Shown piece after piece: positions 43,236 to 53,388 of a DNA stretch of 64,000 bases (the first letter of the stretch is position 1; every line of letters begins with the position of its first letter). The stretch lies in NCBI GenBank assembly GCA_963748215.1, contig CAVVHS010000008.1:384001-448000 (forward strand), in the 5' to 3' direction. The position numbers and the translations under genes are program-made. A model generated the notes under the pieces. It saw only the letters and a list, made by a program, of their open reading frames with translations. It ran no database searches and had not been told where the DNA came from. This DNA comes from an uncultured Gammaproteobacteria bacterium. GTDB lineage: Bacteria > Pseudomonadota > Gammaproteobacteria > UBA9214.

Positions 43236-44015
43236 TCAGAGAAAGCCGAACTGGAAGGAGACCGCCTTGTCACCCGGGTCCTGCACTTCCAGCACGACCT
43301 GCACCGGCGTGTGCGCCGGTAATCCGGCTTTGGAATCGCGGTTCGTGGTCAGATATTCCGACGGCAGGAAACGCCGCATCGCCACGGGGTTGCCGGCCAT
43401 GTCGGTGAAACTCACTTCGAATACCGGGAAGGGCTGGGCGAAGTCGGCGCGGTTCTCGAATGCCGCGTTGATCAGCAGGGCGCTGTCTGCGTCCGGATGC
43501 TGACGGACGTCGCGCTCGATGATGGACAGCTGCGACAGGTCGACGCGCAGGGGCAGATCACAGCGCAGCACGGTGCAGAATTGCTCGAGCGCCGGGCGCC
43601 AGCCGGGATCGGCGGCAAGTTCGGCGCGGTTGAAGTAGGTCCATTGCATACCGAACAGCACCAGCAGCACGCCGATTGCCGAAATACTGAAAAAGTCGCG
43701 CCCCTGCAGGGACTGTTGCTGCCAGCTGGCGCCCGTCAGCACGGGCGGAATAGCGGAGGAGGGCTCTGCCTCCTCCTCGCCCTCCTCCGCGCTTTCCTCG
43801 ACATCGATGCCCCCCATGCGCGCGGCCTGGCTGTGCGTGGCCAGACTGCCGGCCGCGTCCACCGCCTCGCGCACCGCGGTCAGGTCCTCGTAGAGGTAAT
43901 CGACTGCATTGTACAGCTGCCGGCATTCACCGCAGCGCACCCTGCCCGCCGCCTTGCTGAGCTGGGCTGCGGCCACCTGGAACACGACCGAGCAGTTCGG
44001 GCAGTAGGTATACAT
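43236..44015 (-). CDS. Zinc-ribbon plus DUF3426 membrane protein
   Basis: CPNC..VRCGEC finger, a TM segment, CxxLxC and FLPSEYL; conserved position between prmA and dusB. Confidence 0.85.
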   Translation of the reverse strand: MYTYCPNCSVVFQVAAAQLSKAAGRVRCGECRQLYNAVDYLYEDLTAVREAVDAAGSLATHSQAARMGGIDVEESAEEGEEEAEPSSAIPPVLTGASWQQQSLQGRDFFSISAIGVLLVLFGMQWTYFNRAELAADPGWRPALEQFCTVLRCDLPLRVDLSQLSIIERDVRQHPDADSALLINAAFENRADFAQPFPVFEVSFTDMAGNPVAMRRFLPSEYLTTNRDSKAGLPAHTPVQVVLEVQDPGDKAVSFQFGFL

Positions 44016-44079
44016 GGAGGGAGTGTACCTCAATCAACGTGCAAGTTTGAATGACCCGGTTGCGCGCGCACGGCCGACA

Positions 44080-45636
44080 TCAATGGCCACGGAAGCACCT
44101 GGAATTAAAAGGAAAATATTTAAACAACCCATGCCACGGAAACACACGGAAATAAACATGCAGGATGTCATTTTTCCGGAGCGCATCCCTTGTTGCAGGA
44201 GCGCATCTCATGGCCGTTCCCGCACATGGCTCAGGCCAGCCTCTCGACCCGGGCTATGCCCGCAATAATGGTCTCACCTTCTCCATGTGCTCCACGGCAC
44301 TTGTACATGGCCCAGGCCAGTTTCTCGACCGGTTCCCGGTCTCACCTTCTCCTGAACATCGCGCGATGAAAATGGCCACGGAATCCACGGAAGAACACGG
44401 AAAAATAAAACAACTTCCTTCAGGCACACAACGCGCCTGGATCCGTAGGAGCGGACCGCGTCCGCGATGTTTCTTTCGATAAAAATCGCGCTTGGGAAGC
44501 GCTCCTGCAACAATAAGATGCTCCGGCAAGAGCGGACACTGTCCGCGAGCTTTTTCATATCCCGCAAAGATCGCGCATGAGATGCGCTCCTGTAAAAAGA
44601 TGTCCTGTCACTGCTGTCCCACATAATCATCAGGAAAGTTTATTGAATGCGGCTATTCCAGTGATTGGATGGTGTTGAGCGGTACGTGGACATGAAATTC
44701 CGAAACAACGAATGATGTCATACCCGCGAAGGCGGGTATCCAGTCAGTCACTGATTAGCCGGGGCACAAAAAATCCTGGATTCCCGCCTTCGCGGGAATG
44801 ACGGCTATGTGGGACAGCGGTGATTTCCTGTATTCTTATTCCCGTGTTTTTCCGTGTATTTCCGCGTGCTTCCGTGGCCATTGTTCTTTTCACGTCTCAC
44901 GTCTTATATATCAATTGCAGGGCGCCTCCCTGCGCACCGCTAGCGGGGCGTAAAACGCACCCTATGGCTGGCTGCACCCCATCATTTTTGACAAACAGCA
45001 ATTATGCGTTTTTATATTTCCGCGTAGTTCCGTGTGCTTCCGTGGCCATTTGTCATGTAGGGTGCACTCCGTGCACCATTCCCGGTGCGTAAAACGCACC
45101 CTACGGCTGTAATCAATAACATGTAATTTTTCCGTGTTCTTCCGTGGATTCCGTGGCCATTTTACGTAGGCGCTCTCCCTGCGCACTGCTACCGATGCGT
45201 GAAACGCACCCTACAATCTCACCCGGCATTGATTTATTTTTTTTCGTGTAATTCCGTGTGCTTCCGTGGCCATTTGTTATGTAGGGTGCACTCCGTGCAC
45301 CATTTTCGGTGCGTAAAACGCACCCTACGGCTGTAATCAATAACATGTAATTTTTCCGTGTTCTTCCGTGGATTCCGTGGCCATTTTACGTAGGCGCTCT
45401 CCCTGCGCACTGCTATCGATGCGTGAAACGCACCCTACAATCTCACCCGGCATTGATTTATTTTTTTTCGTGTAATTCCGTGTGCTTCCGTGTGCTTCCG
45501 TGGCCATTTGTCATGTAGGGTGCACTCCGTGCACCATTCCCGGTGCGTAAAACGCACCCTACATCTCACCCGGCATTGATTTTTTTCCGTGTAGTTCCGT
45601 GTGCTTCCGTGGCCATTATTCTTTTCACGTTTCACG
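44080..45636. repeat. 1.55-kb mosaic repeat block between prmA and the DUF3426 gene
   Basis: Several CCACGGAA arms, a GTAGGAGCG doublet (44445-44510), a CCCGCGAAGGCGGG palindrome pair (44717-44802), and tandem ~224-234-bp double-REP units (45057, 45281, 45515). Confidence 0.9.
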
Positions 45637-46506
45637 CCGACTACCCGTCAACAGCACCCATTCGTCACGCCGGTGCGGCGGATCGAACTCGATCCACGCC
45701 GCGTACGACGACATGACAGCCTTCGCCTGGTCTACAAGGATACCGGTCAGCAGGATGGTACCGCCGGGCCTGAGGTACCCGGCCAGCTCCGCGGCCAGTC
45801 CCTGCAGGGGATTGGCGAGGATATTGGCCAGCACGAGATCGACCGGCGTCGTATCGAGTTCTTGCGGAAAGCACACGTCGAAATCCGCGGTGATCCCGTT
45901 GACCAGCGCGTTCGCACGGGTCGCCTCGAGCGCACTGGGATCGATGTCCGTGGCCAGCACGCGCCCGGCACCGAGCTTGCGCGCGGCGATGGCCAGGATA
46001 CCCGACCCGCAGCCGTAGTCGATCACCGACCCGCCGGCCGGAGGGTGCCTGTCCAGCCATTCCAGGCACATCGCCGTGGTGGCATGGGTGCCGGTGCCAA
46101 AGGCAAAGCCGGGGTCCAGCGTGACCGTTACGGCCTCACTATCCGGACAGTCTTCGCCGGAAGGACACACCCACAGGTGTTCGCCGAAACGCGTCGGGCG
46201 GAAGGTCTCGCGCCAGGTAGATGACCAGTCGCGGTCTTCCAGCACAGAGACCGTCAGCGCCGGCAACGGATCCGCCAGCGCGTCGCGCAGCGCGGCCTCG
46301 ATGGCCCGTGCGTCGGCTTCCGCGGGAAACAGCGCCACCACGCGCGGATTGCGCCACACCGGCCGCGTACCCGGCACGGGCTCGATGAGCAGTTCGTCGG
46401 CCGCGTCCTGCAGGGTCACGGACTGCGCACCTGCGTCCTCCAGGGCCGCAGTCACCGCCTCGACCTGCTCGCGCAGCACATCAATGGAGAATTGCAGCCA
46501 GCTCAT
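45625..46506 (-). CDS. prmA: Ribosomal protein L11 methyltransferase
   Basis: LDPGFAFGTGTHATT, DYGCGSGILAI and ANILA motifs. Confidence 0.96.
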   Translation of the reverse strand: MSWLQFSIDVLREQVEAVTAALEDAGAQSVTLQDAADELLIEPVPGTRPVWRNPRVVALFPAEADARAIEAALRDALADPLPALTVSVLEDRDWSSTWRETFRPTRFGEHLWVCPSGEDCPDSEAVTVTLDPGFAFGTGTHATTAMCLEWLDRHPPAGGSVIDYGCGSGILAIAARKLGAGRVLATDIDPSALEATRANALVNGITADFDVCFPQELDTTPVDLVLANILANPLQGLAAELAGYLRPGGTILLTGILVDQAKAVMSSYAAWIEFDPPHRRDEWVLLTGSRRET

Positions 46507-46535
46507 GGGGCCAGGGAACCTCTGGTGACATCAAT

Positions 46536-47220
46536 TTGCAGGGCGCACGTTGCGCACCTTCTACGTCACTGCTCTGTGCACCTTTTTCGGTGCGTACAAC
46601 GCACCCTACAATGATTTTTTATTTTTCCGTGTTCTTCCGTGGATTCCGTGGCCATTATCATCGCGCATGAGATGCGCTCCTACACCAATTAGACGATGTA
46701 GGGTGCACTCCGTGCACCTTTACCGGGCGTAAAACGCACCCTACATCAAACGATGCCGCTATTTCCGTAGGAGCGCTTCTCAAGCGCGATTTTTGCCGAC
46801 CGTGAAAAGACCACGGACCATATTCGCAGGGTGCATAACGTGCACCGTCCACGGTGCGTAAAACGCACCCTACGGCTTACCCTGCGATGATTATTGTTTT
46901 TTCCGTGTAATTCCGTGTGCTTCCGTGGCCATTATCATCGCGCATGAGATGCGCTCCTACTCCAATTAGACGGCGTAGGGTGCACTCCGTGCACATTTAC
47001 CGGGCGTAAAACGCACCCTACAGATACCCTGCAATGATTTTTTATTTTTCCGTGTTCTTCCGTGGATTCCGTGGCCATTATCATCGCGCATGAGATGCGC
47101 TCCTGCTCCAATTAGACGGCGTAGGGTGCACTCGTGCACCTTTTTGCGGTGCGTAACAAGCACCCTGCGTCTAATCTCATGCGAGCGTATAAAAAGCTCG
47201 CGGACGCGGTCCGCTCCTAC
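46536..47220. repeat. Mosaic repeat block between accC and prmA
   Basis: Three atcgcgcatgagatgcgctcct units (~46660, 46937, 47083) with REP doublets. The terminal REP GTAG overlaps the accC stop. Confidence 0.88.
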
Positions 47221-48557
47221 AGCCCCAGCTTCTTTTCCAGGTAATGGATGTCCGCCCCGCCGGCCATGAAGGCAGCATCGGTGATGATATCGCGCTGCAA
47301 CGGCACGTTACACTTGATGCCTTCGATGACGATCTCGTTCAGCGCGACGCGCATGCGTGCCAGCGCCGAGGCACGGTTCTCGCCGTGGGCGATGAGCTTG
47401 CCGATCATGGAATCGTAATAGGGCGGCACGCGATAGCCATTGTAGATGTGGGTGTCCATGCGGATGCCCGGCCCGCCGGGGGCATGGTAATTGCTGATGA
47501 TGCCCGGTGACGGCATGAAGTTGGTCGGGTCTTCCGCGTTGATGCGGCACTCGATGGCGTGGCCGCGGATCTTGATATCCTTCTGCTTGTAGGTCAGCCC
47601 GTTGCCCGCCGCGATATTGAGCTGCTCCTTGACGATGTCGACCCCGGTCACCATTTCCGTGACCGGGTGCTCCACCTGCACGCGGGTGTTCATTTCGATG
47701 AAATAGAACTCACCGTTCTCGAACAGGAATTCGAAGGTACCCGCGCCCCGGTACTTGAGCCGGGCACAGGCCTCCGCGCAGCGCTTGCCCATTTCCTGGC
47801 GCTGGTGCTCGGTAATGCCCGGCGCCGGCGCCTCCTCCACCACCTTCTGGTGCCGGCGCTGCATGGAACAGTCGCGTTCGCCAAGATGGATGGCGTTGCC
47901 CTCCCCGTCGGCCAGCACCTGGAATTCGATATGCCGCGGCGTGGTCAGGAATTTCTCCATATAGACAACGTCGTTGTTGAACGCGTTCTTCGCCTCGGTG
48001 CGGGTCAGCGAGATCGCGCCCAGCAATGCCGCCTCGGCGTGCACCACGCGCATGCCACGCCCGCCGCCGCCGCCGGCGGCCTTGATAATGATCGGGTAGC
48101 CGATCTGGCGCGCCATCTTCAGGTTGGTGGCATCATCCTCTCCCAGCGGCCCGTCCGAGCCCGGCACGGTCGGCACCCCGGCCTCCTTCATGGCGCGAAT
48201 GGCGGCGACCTTGTCGCCCATGGTGCGGATGGTATCCGGGCGCGGACCGATGAAGATGAACCCACTGCGCTCGACCTGCTCGGCGAAGTCATCGTTCTCG
48301 GACAGGAACCCGTAGCCGGGATGAATCGCACTGGCATCGGTCACCTCGGCCGCGCTGATGATGGCCGGGATGTTGAGATAACTTTCCGTGGAACGGGCCG
48401 GGCCGATACAGACGCTTTCATCCGCCAGCAGCACGTGCTTGAGCTCCCGGTCGGCTTCGGAATGCACCGCCACGGTGCTGATGCCCAGCTCGTGGCAGGA
48501 ACGCAGGATACGCAGGGCAATCTCGCCCCGGTTGGCAATAACGACCTTTTTCAGCAT
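47217..48557 (-). CDS. accC: Acetyl-CoA carboxylase biotin carboxylase subunit
   Basis: [25 protein letters not shown] and [10 protein letters not shown] motifs. Confidence 0.98.
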   Translation of the reverse strand: MLKKVVIANRGEIALRILRSCHELGISTVAVHSEADRELKHVLLADESVCIGPARSTESYLNIPAIISAAEVTDASAIHPGYGFLSENDDFAEQVERSGFIFIGPRPDTIRTMGDKVAAIRAMKEAGVPTVPGSDGPLGEDDATNLKMARQIGYPIIIKAAGGGGGRGMRVVHAEAALLGAISLTRTEAKNAFNNDVVYMEKFLTTPRHIEFQVLADGEGNAIHLGERDCSMQRRHQKVVEEAPAPGITEHQRQEMGKRCAEACARLKYRGAGTFEFLFENGEFYFIEMNTRVQVEHPVTEMVTGVDIVKEQLNIAAGNGLTYKQKDIKIRGHAIECRINAEDPTNFMPSPGIISNYHAPGGPGIRMDTHIYNGYRVPPYYDSMIGKLIAHGENRASALARMRVALNEIVIEGIKCNVPLQRDIITDAAFMAGGADIHYLEKKLGL

Positions 48558-49009
48558 CAGCTGATCACAAACATGGTCTGCCCGTATTCGACGGGCTGGC
48601 CGTTTTCAACCAGTTTCGCGGAGATCTTGCCGGCCTTGTCGGCCTCGATCTGGTTGAGCATTTTCATGGCCTCGATGATACACAGCGTATCGCCTTCGCT
48701 GACCGTCTGGCCGACCTCGACAAACGGCTTGGCACCGGGCGATGGCGCCTCGTAGAAGGTACCGACCATGGGCGAGGTGACATTGTGGCCGGCGGGCACG
48801 GGCGGTTCCGCGGCTGCCTCGGGTACCACCGCGGCGGGTGCGGCTGCCGGGGCCGCCAGCATGGCCGGCGGCGGATAATAGGCCGGTGGTGCCATGGCAG
48901 AACCGGTACGGCTGATACGCACCGATTCCTCGCCCTCGTGAATCTCGATTTCGGCGATATTCGATTCTTCCAGCAGCTCAATGAGTTTCTTGACCTTGCG
49001 TATGTCCAT
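48557..49009 (-). CDS. accB: Biotin carboxyl carrier protein
   Basis: [20 protein letters not shown] and EAMKM motifs. Confidence 0.98.
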   Translation of the reverse strand: MDIRKVKKLIELLEESNIAEIEIHEGEESVRISRTGSAMAPPAYYPPPAMLAAPAAAPAAVVPEAAAEPPVPAGHNVTSPMVGTFYEAPSPGAKPFVEVGQTVSEGDTLCIIEAMKMLNQIEADKAGKISAKLVENGQPVEYGQTMFVIS

Positions 49010-49025
49010 GTCTAAGCCCGTCTGG

Positions 49026-49232
49026 TGTAGGGTGCGCGCTGCGCACCGTGTACTCTGTTGAACATTTCACCCCTCTCGGTAACTGCGTCCTGCGTTACTC
49101 TAATACCGACATCCCTGTCGGCATCCCTCCGGGAGAGGGCCGGGGAGAGGGGATAATAACCCTTTCAATAATCTAAGTTACTGATTCCCTGTTGCTTGTT
49201 TTTTCCGTGCTCTTCCGCAGATCCCCTGGCTA
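49026..49232. repeat. Small repeat cluster between aroQ and accB
   Basis: REP half gtagggtgcgcgctgcgcacc, an interrupted CCCCTCTC..GGGAGAGGGCCGGGGAGAGGG element and a degenerate TTCCGTG arm. Confidence 0.7.
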
Positions 49233-49676
49233 TCATCTCTTTTCCAGATACCGCACCGCCGCCTGCAACGCCAGCTCATAGCCGATCGGCCCCAGCCCGG
49301 AAATCACCCCGACCGCAATGTCCGAGAAAAACGACTGCTTCCGGAAGGCCTCGCGGGCATGGACATTGGAGAGATGAACTTCGATGAAGGGGATGCCGAC
49401 CGCCTGCAGGGCATCGCGCAGGCCGACGCTGGTATGCGTCAGGGCAGCGGGGTTGATGATAATAAAATCAATGTCTTGCACTGAAGCTTCCTGTACCCTG
49501 CCGATCAGTTCGTGCTCGGCATTGCTCTGGAAACTGGTCAGTTCGACGCCGGCAGACTTTGCCTGCGCCTGCAGGTCCGCGAGAATCTCGTCCAGCGTGG
49601 TGGCGCCGTAGTGCTCCGGCTCGCGCGTACCGAGCAGGTTCAGGTTGGGGCCGTTAATCAGGAGAATGCTGAACAT
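49233..49676 (-). CDS. aroQ: Type II 3-dehydroquinate dehydratase
   Basis: [22 protein letters not shown] and EVHLSN motifs. Confidence 0.97.
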   Translation of the reverse strand: MFSILLINGPNLNLLGTREPEHYGATTLDEILADLQAQAKSAGVELTSFQSNAEHELIGRVQEASVQDIDFIIINPAALTHTSVGLRDALQAVGIPFIEVHLSNVHAREAFRKQSFFSDIAVGVISGLGPIGYELALQAAVRYLEKR

Positions 49677-49905
49677 AGCCTGATTCCGCCGAAAAATTGC
49701 ATCTAGAGCGCTGTTTGTTCATGCAAACTTGCCAGTGGCTAACCCATCGACCTCATTTCTGGCGGCTATTATCCATGATTTGTTAATTTTGTACAGATCG
49801 AGAATTTTAGCGGACATTCATATGGTGTTTGAAGCAAAATAGAGCAATTACCACATCGGCTCCTAGCCTTACATTGCCTGCGGGATTTTTCTTGGATTTG
49901 CCTGC

Positions 49906-51666
49906 CTATTGGTGTCGCCGACACCAGCTGGACCAGAAGCTTCGATAGGTTGCTTCGAGCGTTTGCACGAAAGGCCCTGGCTGGCACAGCGCTGAATCCA
50001 ATAGCCGTTGACGCATGGACATCCTTAGCTGTTCCAGCCGGGCCGGCTGGAATGCGAGCGCAACTGCAAGGTCGACATAGTTATCACTGGATTGTGCAAT
50101 ACACTCATGCAGACCGACATGCTGCAAGAGACTGTTGCCGACCCGTCCGGCATGCACGCCACCCTTGAGCACAATGACTGGCACCCCCATCCAGAGGGTA
50201 TCGCAGGTCGTGGTTGTACCATTATAAGGGAAGGTATCCAGCGCGATATCCACGTCGTGGTAGGCCTTCAGATGCTCCTCCTTTGATGGCGTGAGCCCCA
50301 GAAAGTCGAGCCGGTGCTGCATGATTCCATGCTGTTCGAAGCGTTGCAGGAAAAACTTGCGCGTTTCAGCGTCGGAATAAGAACGATATTTCAGCAACAA
50401 TCTGGAATCCGGAACCTGCTCGAGAATGCGCGCCCAGGATTCGATGGCTTCATCGGAAATCTTTGCAGGATAATTGAACGAGCCAAAGGTAATGTATCCC
50501 TTTTCCAGACAAGGGGGAGGTACGATATCGGGTGCCGCTTCGGGCGGCTGATAGCAGAGGAAACCACGTTCAAGCCGGATCAGGCGCTCCGTATAAGAGC
50601 ATTCCCCAGAGCCTGCCGGATCTGCATAGGCATCGGTCAGCCGGTAGTCGACCGTATCCAGGCCCGTGGTATTCGGATAACCCAGATAGCTGACCTGGAC
50701 AGGCGCCGGTCTGTAACCGAGTACCGCTAGGCGGTTACCCGAAGTATGCCCTGCCAGATCGACAAGTATATCGATGGCGTCACCCTCGATCAGGTCTGCA
50801 ACAGCAGTATCCTGCATCGTAGAGATGTCCGTAAAATGATCGACTGCGCCCTTGAACCAGGCCGTCGTTGCATCCGGATTGTTGAGGCTGGAATAGAGAT
50901 ATAACTCGAACTGTGACCGGTCATGACTGGCGATGACCGGCCGCATGAAATAGGCCACCGAGTGCTCCCTGAAATCCGGACTGATATAGGCAAGCCGGAT
51001 TTTTCTCCCGGGGTCAGGACTGTTTAAATGGGTCGTTCGGCGATTAACCCGTGCCATGTGCCGCTGCGCCCAGTCTAGGTGTGCTGCATGGATTTCCTCT
51101 CGCGAAAAGCCGGTTCCGTAATTCATGCAGAGCAGAATATTGTCATGGGCTTCCCGGTAATCGGGCTTGAGCTCCAGCGCCCGGTGCCACTCCTCGAAGG
51201 CCCGTCCTGAATCTCCCATCTCGGCAAGTATATTTCCCAGATTGCAATGGGGCACAGGATGAGCCGGATTGATCCCGATTGCATTCCGGTATGCTGCCAT
51301 TGCCTTGCCAAGCATACCGCTGAAGGCATAGATATTGCCCAGCAATAACCACGGCTCGAAAAAATCCCGCCGGATTTTTACCGACCGCTGCAGGGCATCC
51401 AGCGAATCCCCGCCCCTGCCCTGAGCCAGCAGCACTGAACCCAGCTGGTAATACAGCTCGTGATTTTTTTTATTGAATTTCAGCGCCCGGCGGAAATAGC
51501 CTTCCGCCTCGGCAAGCTTGCCCATGCGCTGGCTGATCGTTCCGAGCACCTGCAATGCCTCGGGATCCTTCTTGTTAACAGACAGGACTCGCGCGTACAA
51601 CTCGAACGCCTCGGGTATGCGATTTGCATTGAAACTGGCGCGAGCCTGTTGCTTCAGATCAAACAT
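49906..51666 (-). CDS. TPR-containing GT41 (OGT/SPINDLY-like) glycosyltransferase
   Basis: N-terminal TPRs, then YISPDFREHSV, DILVDLAGHT, APVQVSYLGYP, FGSFN and LDTFPYNGTTT motifs. Confidence 0.9.
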   Translation of the reverse strand: MFDLKQQARASFNANRIPEAFELYARVLSVNKKDPEALQVLGTISQRMGKLAEAEGYFRRALKFNKKNHELYYQLGSVLLAQGRGGDSLDALQRSVKIRRDFFEPWLLLGNIYAFSGMLGKAMAAYRNAIGINPAHPVPHCNLGNILAEMGDSGRAFEEWHRALELKPDYREAHDNILLCMNYGTGFSREEIHAAHLDWAQRHMARVNRRTTHLNSPDPGRKIRLAYISPDFREHSVAYFMRPVIASHDRSQFELYLYSSLNNPDATTAWFKGAVDHFTDISTMQDTAVADLIEGDAIDILVDLAGHTSGNRLAVLGYRPAPVQVSYLGYPNTTGLDTVDYRLTDAYADPAGSGECSYTERLIRLERGFLCYQPPEAAPDIVPPPCLEKGYITFGSFNYPAKISDEAIESWARILEQVPDSRLLLKYRSYSDAETRKFFLQRFEQHGIMQHRLDFLGLTPSKEEHLKAYHDVDIALDTFPYNGTTTTCDTLWMGVPVIVLKGGVHAGRVGNSLLQHVGLHECIAQSSDNYVDLAVALAFQPARLEQLRMSMRQRLLDSALCQPGPFVQTLEATYRSFWSSWCRRHQ

Positions 51667-51997
51667 GCGTCCAAAACCGTATCATGGTACTTGTAGAATC
51701 CGCGCCCATCCGCATCAAGCACTGGCTATTCAATATGTCCCATCGAAGCACTCCTGGACAATGAACATTATTAGAACAATTGCCGCTTATCCGGGTAGGG
51801 CTCAATTCAAACATGGCTATGTCACAAATGCATGCCCAAGCATCGCCATAAAAATCTCCTGCCAGAGGATACGAAGCGTGAAAAACATCCCCCTTGCTCA
51901 ACAGCACACACAGAATACAATTGACAATCCCCCACCAAACGCAAATATCTCTTTGTTTTTAATTGTATTTAATGAATGAGCAGTTCCAGCAATACCT

Positions 51998-52293
51998 GAC
52001 GAATTTTCTTACAATCAACTATGCGCGCGCCGGCAAGCGGCCGCAGAAAAGACCCGAGAGAGAAAAACTCATATATAATTGTTTTCAAAGTATTTATTTT
52101 GACGGCCCGGCATACACTGGCACGCCACGCAACCAGTGCAGGCAGTAAGAGTAACCAGCCATTCGTCGGAATATCTTACAAATAGACACCGTAAGAGTAC
52201 TTTCAAGAAATCAGCACTCACTTGTGATCACTGCATTTCATCGACATAACAAGAAGATACAACCAGACAACACAAGGTTGGCACGCAATCTGC
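51998..52293 (+). promoter_or_regulatory. Sigma54 promoter with two upstream enhancer-like boxes for the PEP-CTERM gene
   Basis: TGGCAC-gcaat-CTGC at 52279-52293 (GG-N10-GC). Related boxes gacgaattttcttaca (51998-52013) and gtcggaatatcttaca (52165-52180). Confidence 0.65.
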
Positions 52294-52436
52294 ACAAACC
52301 TGAGGAGCAGGATGGCTGAAAATCGCGTTGTTCTGTGATCCTGTTCTATTACAGGGTGAGCCATATGGATTAGGCTAGATGTGGCTCAAATAGCCTATGT
52401 TAACCAAATATCTTAAGATTTTTGAGGAGTTACATA

Positions 52437-53073
52437 ATGAAAAAGCTCTTAATCGCAACAGCCGTTGGCACAGCACTTGCGCTGTCCGCCACAACAGCTT
52501 CTGCAGTCAGCGTCGCATCGTGGCAGCTGCAAGACTTCGACGCTGACTGATGGCTGTCGAGTGACTTTAACTTCTTCTCGCCACCTGCTGGTAATGGTCC
52601 GAAATCAGTTCGCCGCAGGCGCGGGTGACGGTGCGCCGATCGCCATGAACACGGCGAAATTCGGCATCAATGTGTTCACCACCCGGCTTCAACTTGGCGG
52701 TATCGGCGTGTTCGCTCCGTTCGTTGGCAATGCTGCCGGTACCGGCAATATCGCTGCTGACATTTCCGGTGGCTCTCTGACCTTCAGCGCCCTGGATTTT
52801 GGCGGCTTGTTTGGTGGCGTCAACTTCTACCTGCCGCCTGATGGTGGTGCCGTCACGGTTGAAACCCTTACCGATCTCGGTGGTGGTGATTGGGGCGTAG
52901 TTGTCCGATTCATTGGCACAATCAATGAACCAACAAGTCCCTTCAACGGCTTCGCTGCCAACTGGCGCCTGGAAGGTACCATGACCGTGGTTCCAGTCCC
53001 GGCAGCAGTCTGGCTGTTCGGCTCCGGTCTGCTCGGTCTGGTTGGCGTGGCTCGTCGCAAGAAGGCTGCCTGA
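52437..53073 (+). CDS. PEP-CTERM (VPxPA-type) sorted surface protein, frame-disrupted as given
   Basis: GAGGAG RBS and signal peptide MKKLLIATAVG..ASA. TGA at 52548 and a +1 shift near 52603. C-terminus VPVPAAVWLFGSGLLGLVGVARRKKAA. Confidence 0.85.
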
Positions 53074-53110
53074 TTAAGGCCATAGCAAGGCTGTAGTCAT
53101 TCGGTAGAAC

Positions 53111-53140
53111 AAGGCGGGCCCATCGGGTCCGCCTTTTTTT
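53111..53140 (+). terminator. Intrinsic terminator
   Basis: aaggcgggccc-atc-gggtccgcc followed by a T7 run. Confidence 0.85.
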
Positions 53141-53388
53141 ATCCCAGCCCCCGTCCACATAAAGCACTGACCGGACGACCTGCTCCATCTTTCGGCGTCT
53201 GGTTTTCGTGCAGCCATTGACGCGCGATTCGGACCGATAGCGCGAGCGACATCCTGCCTCAGTATGCGGCCCAATCCGCCACTTGTCGGCGAAAGCATCA
53301 GCCATTGCAGTGAGTCATTCCAATTCCAGACACTTATAATTAAAACCAATGGCTAAAATCAGAAACGTAACAGGGACTAGATTCCGAC

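Noticed and set aside
34751-47163. Short ORFs in repeat blocks (e.g. 35055-35396, 39721-39906, 45113-45346)
   Set aside because: They are translations of the repeats themselves (RKTHPT, FRVLPW, SRLTSH), with no coding features.
16009-48755. Long antisense ORFs (e.g. 16009-17067, 26767-28143, 31238-32779, 33468-35000, 38142-39449, 47559-48755)
   Set aside because: Shadow frames of well-supported genes in high-GC DNA.
52548-52550. Selenocysteine or programmed read-through at the in-frame TGA of the PEP-CTERM gene
   Set aside because: Further frameshifts follow within 150 bp, so read-through alone cannot restore the protein; an error or lesion is simpler.
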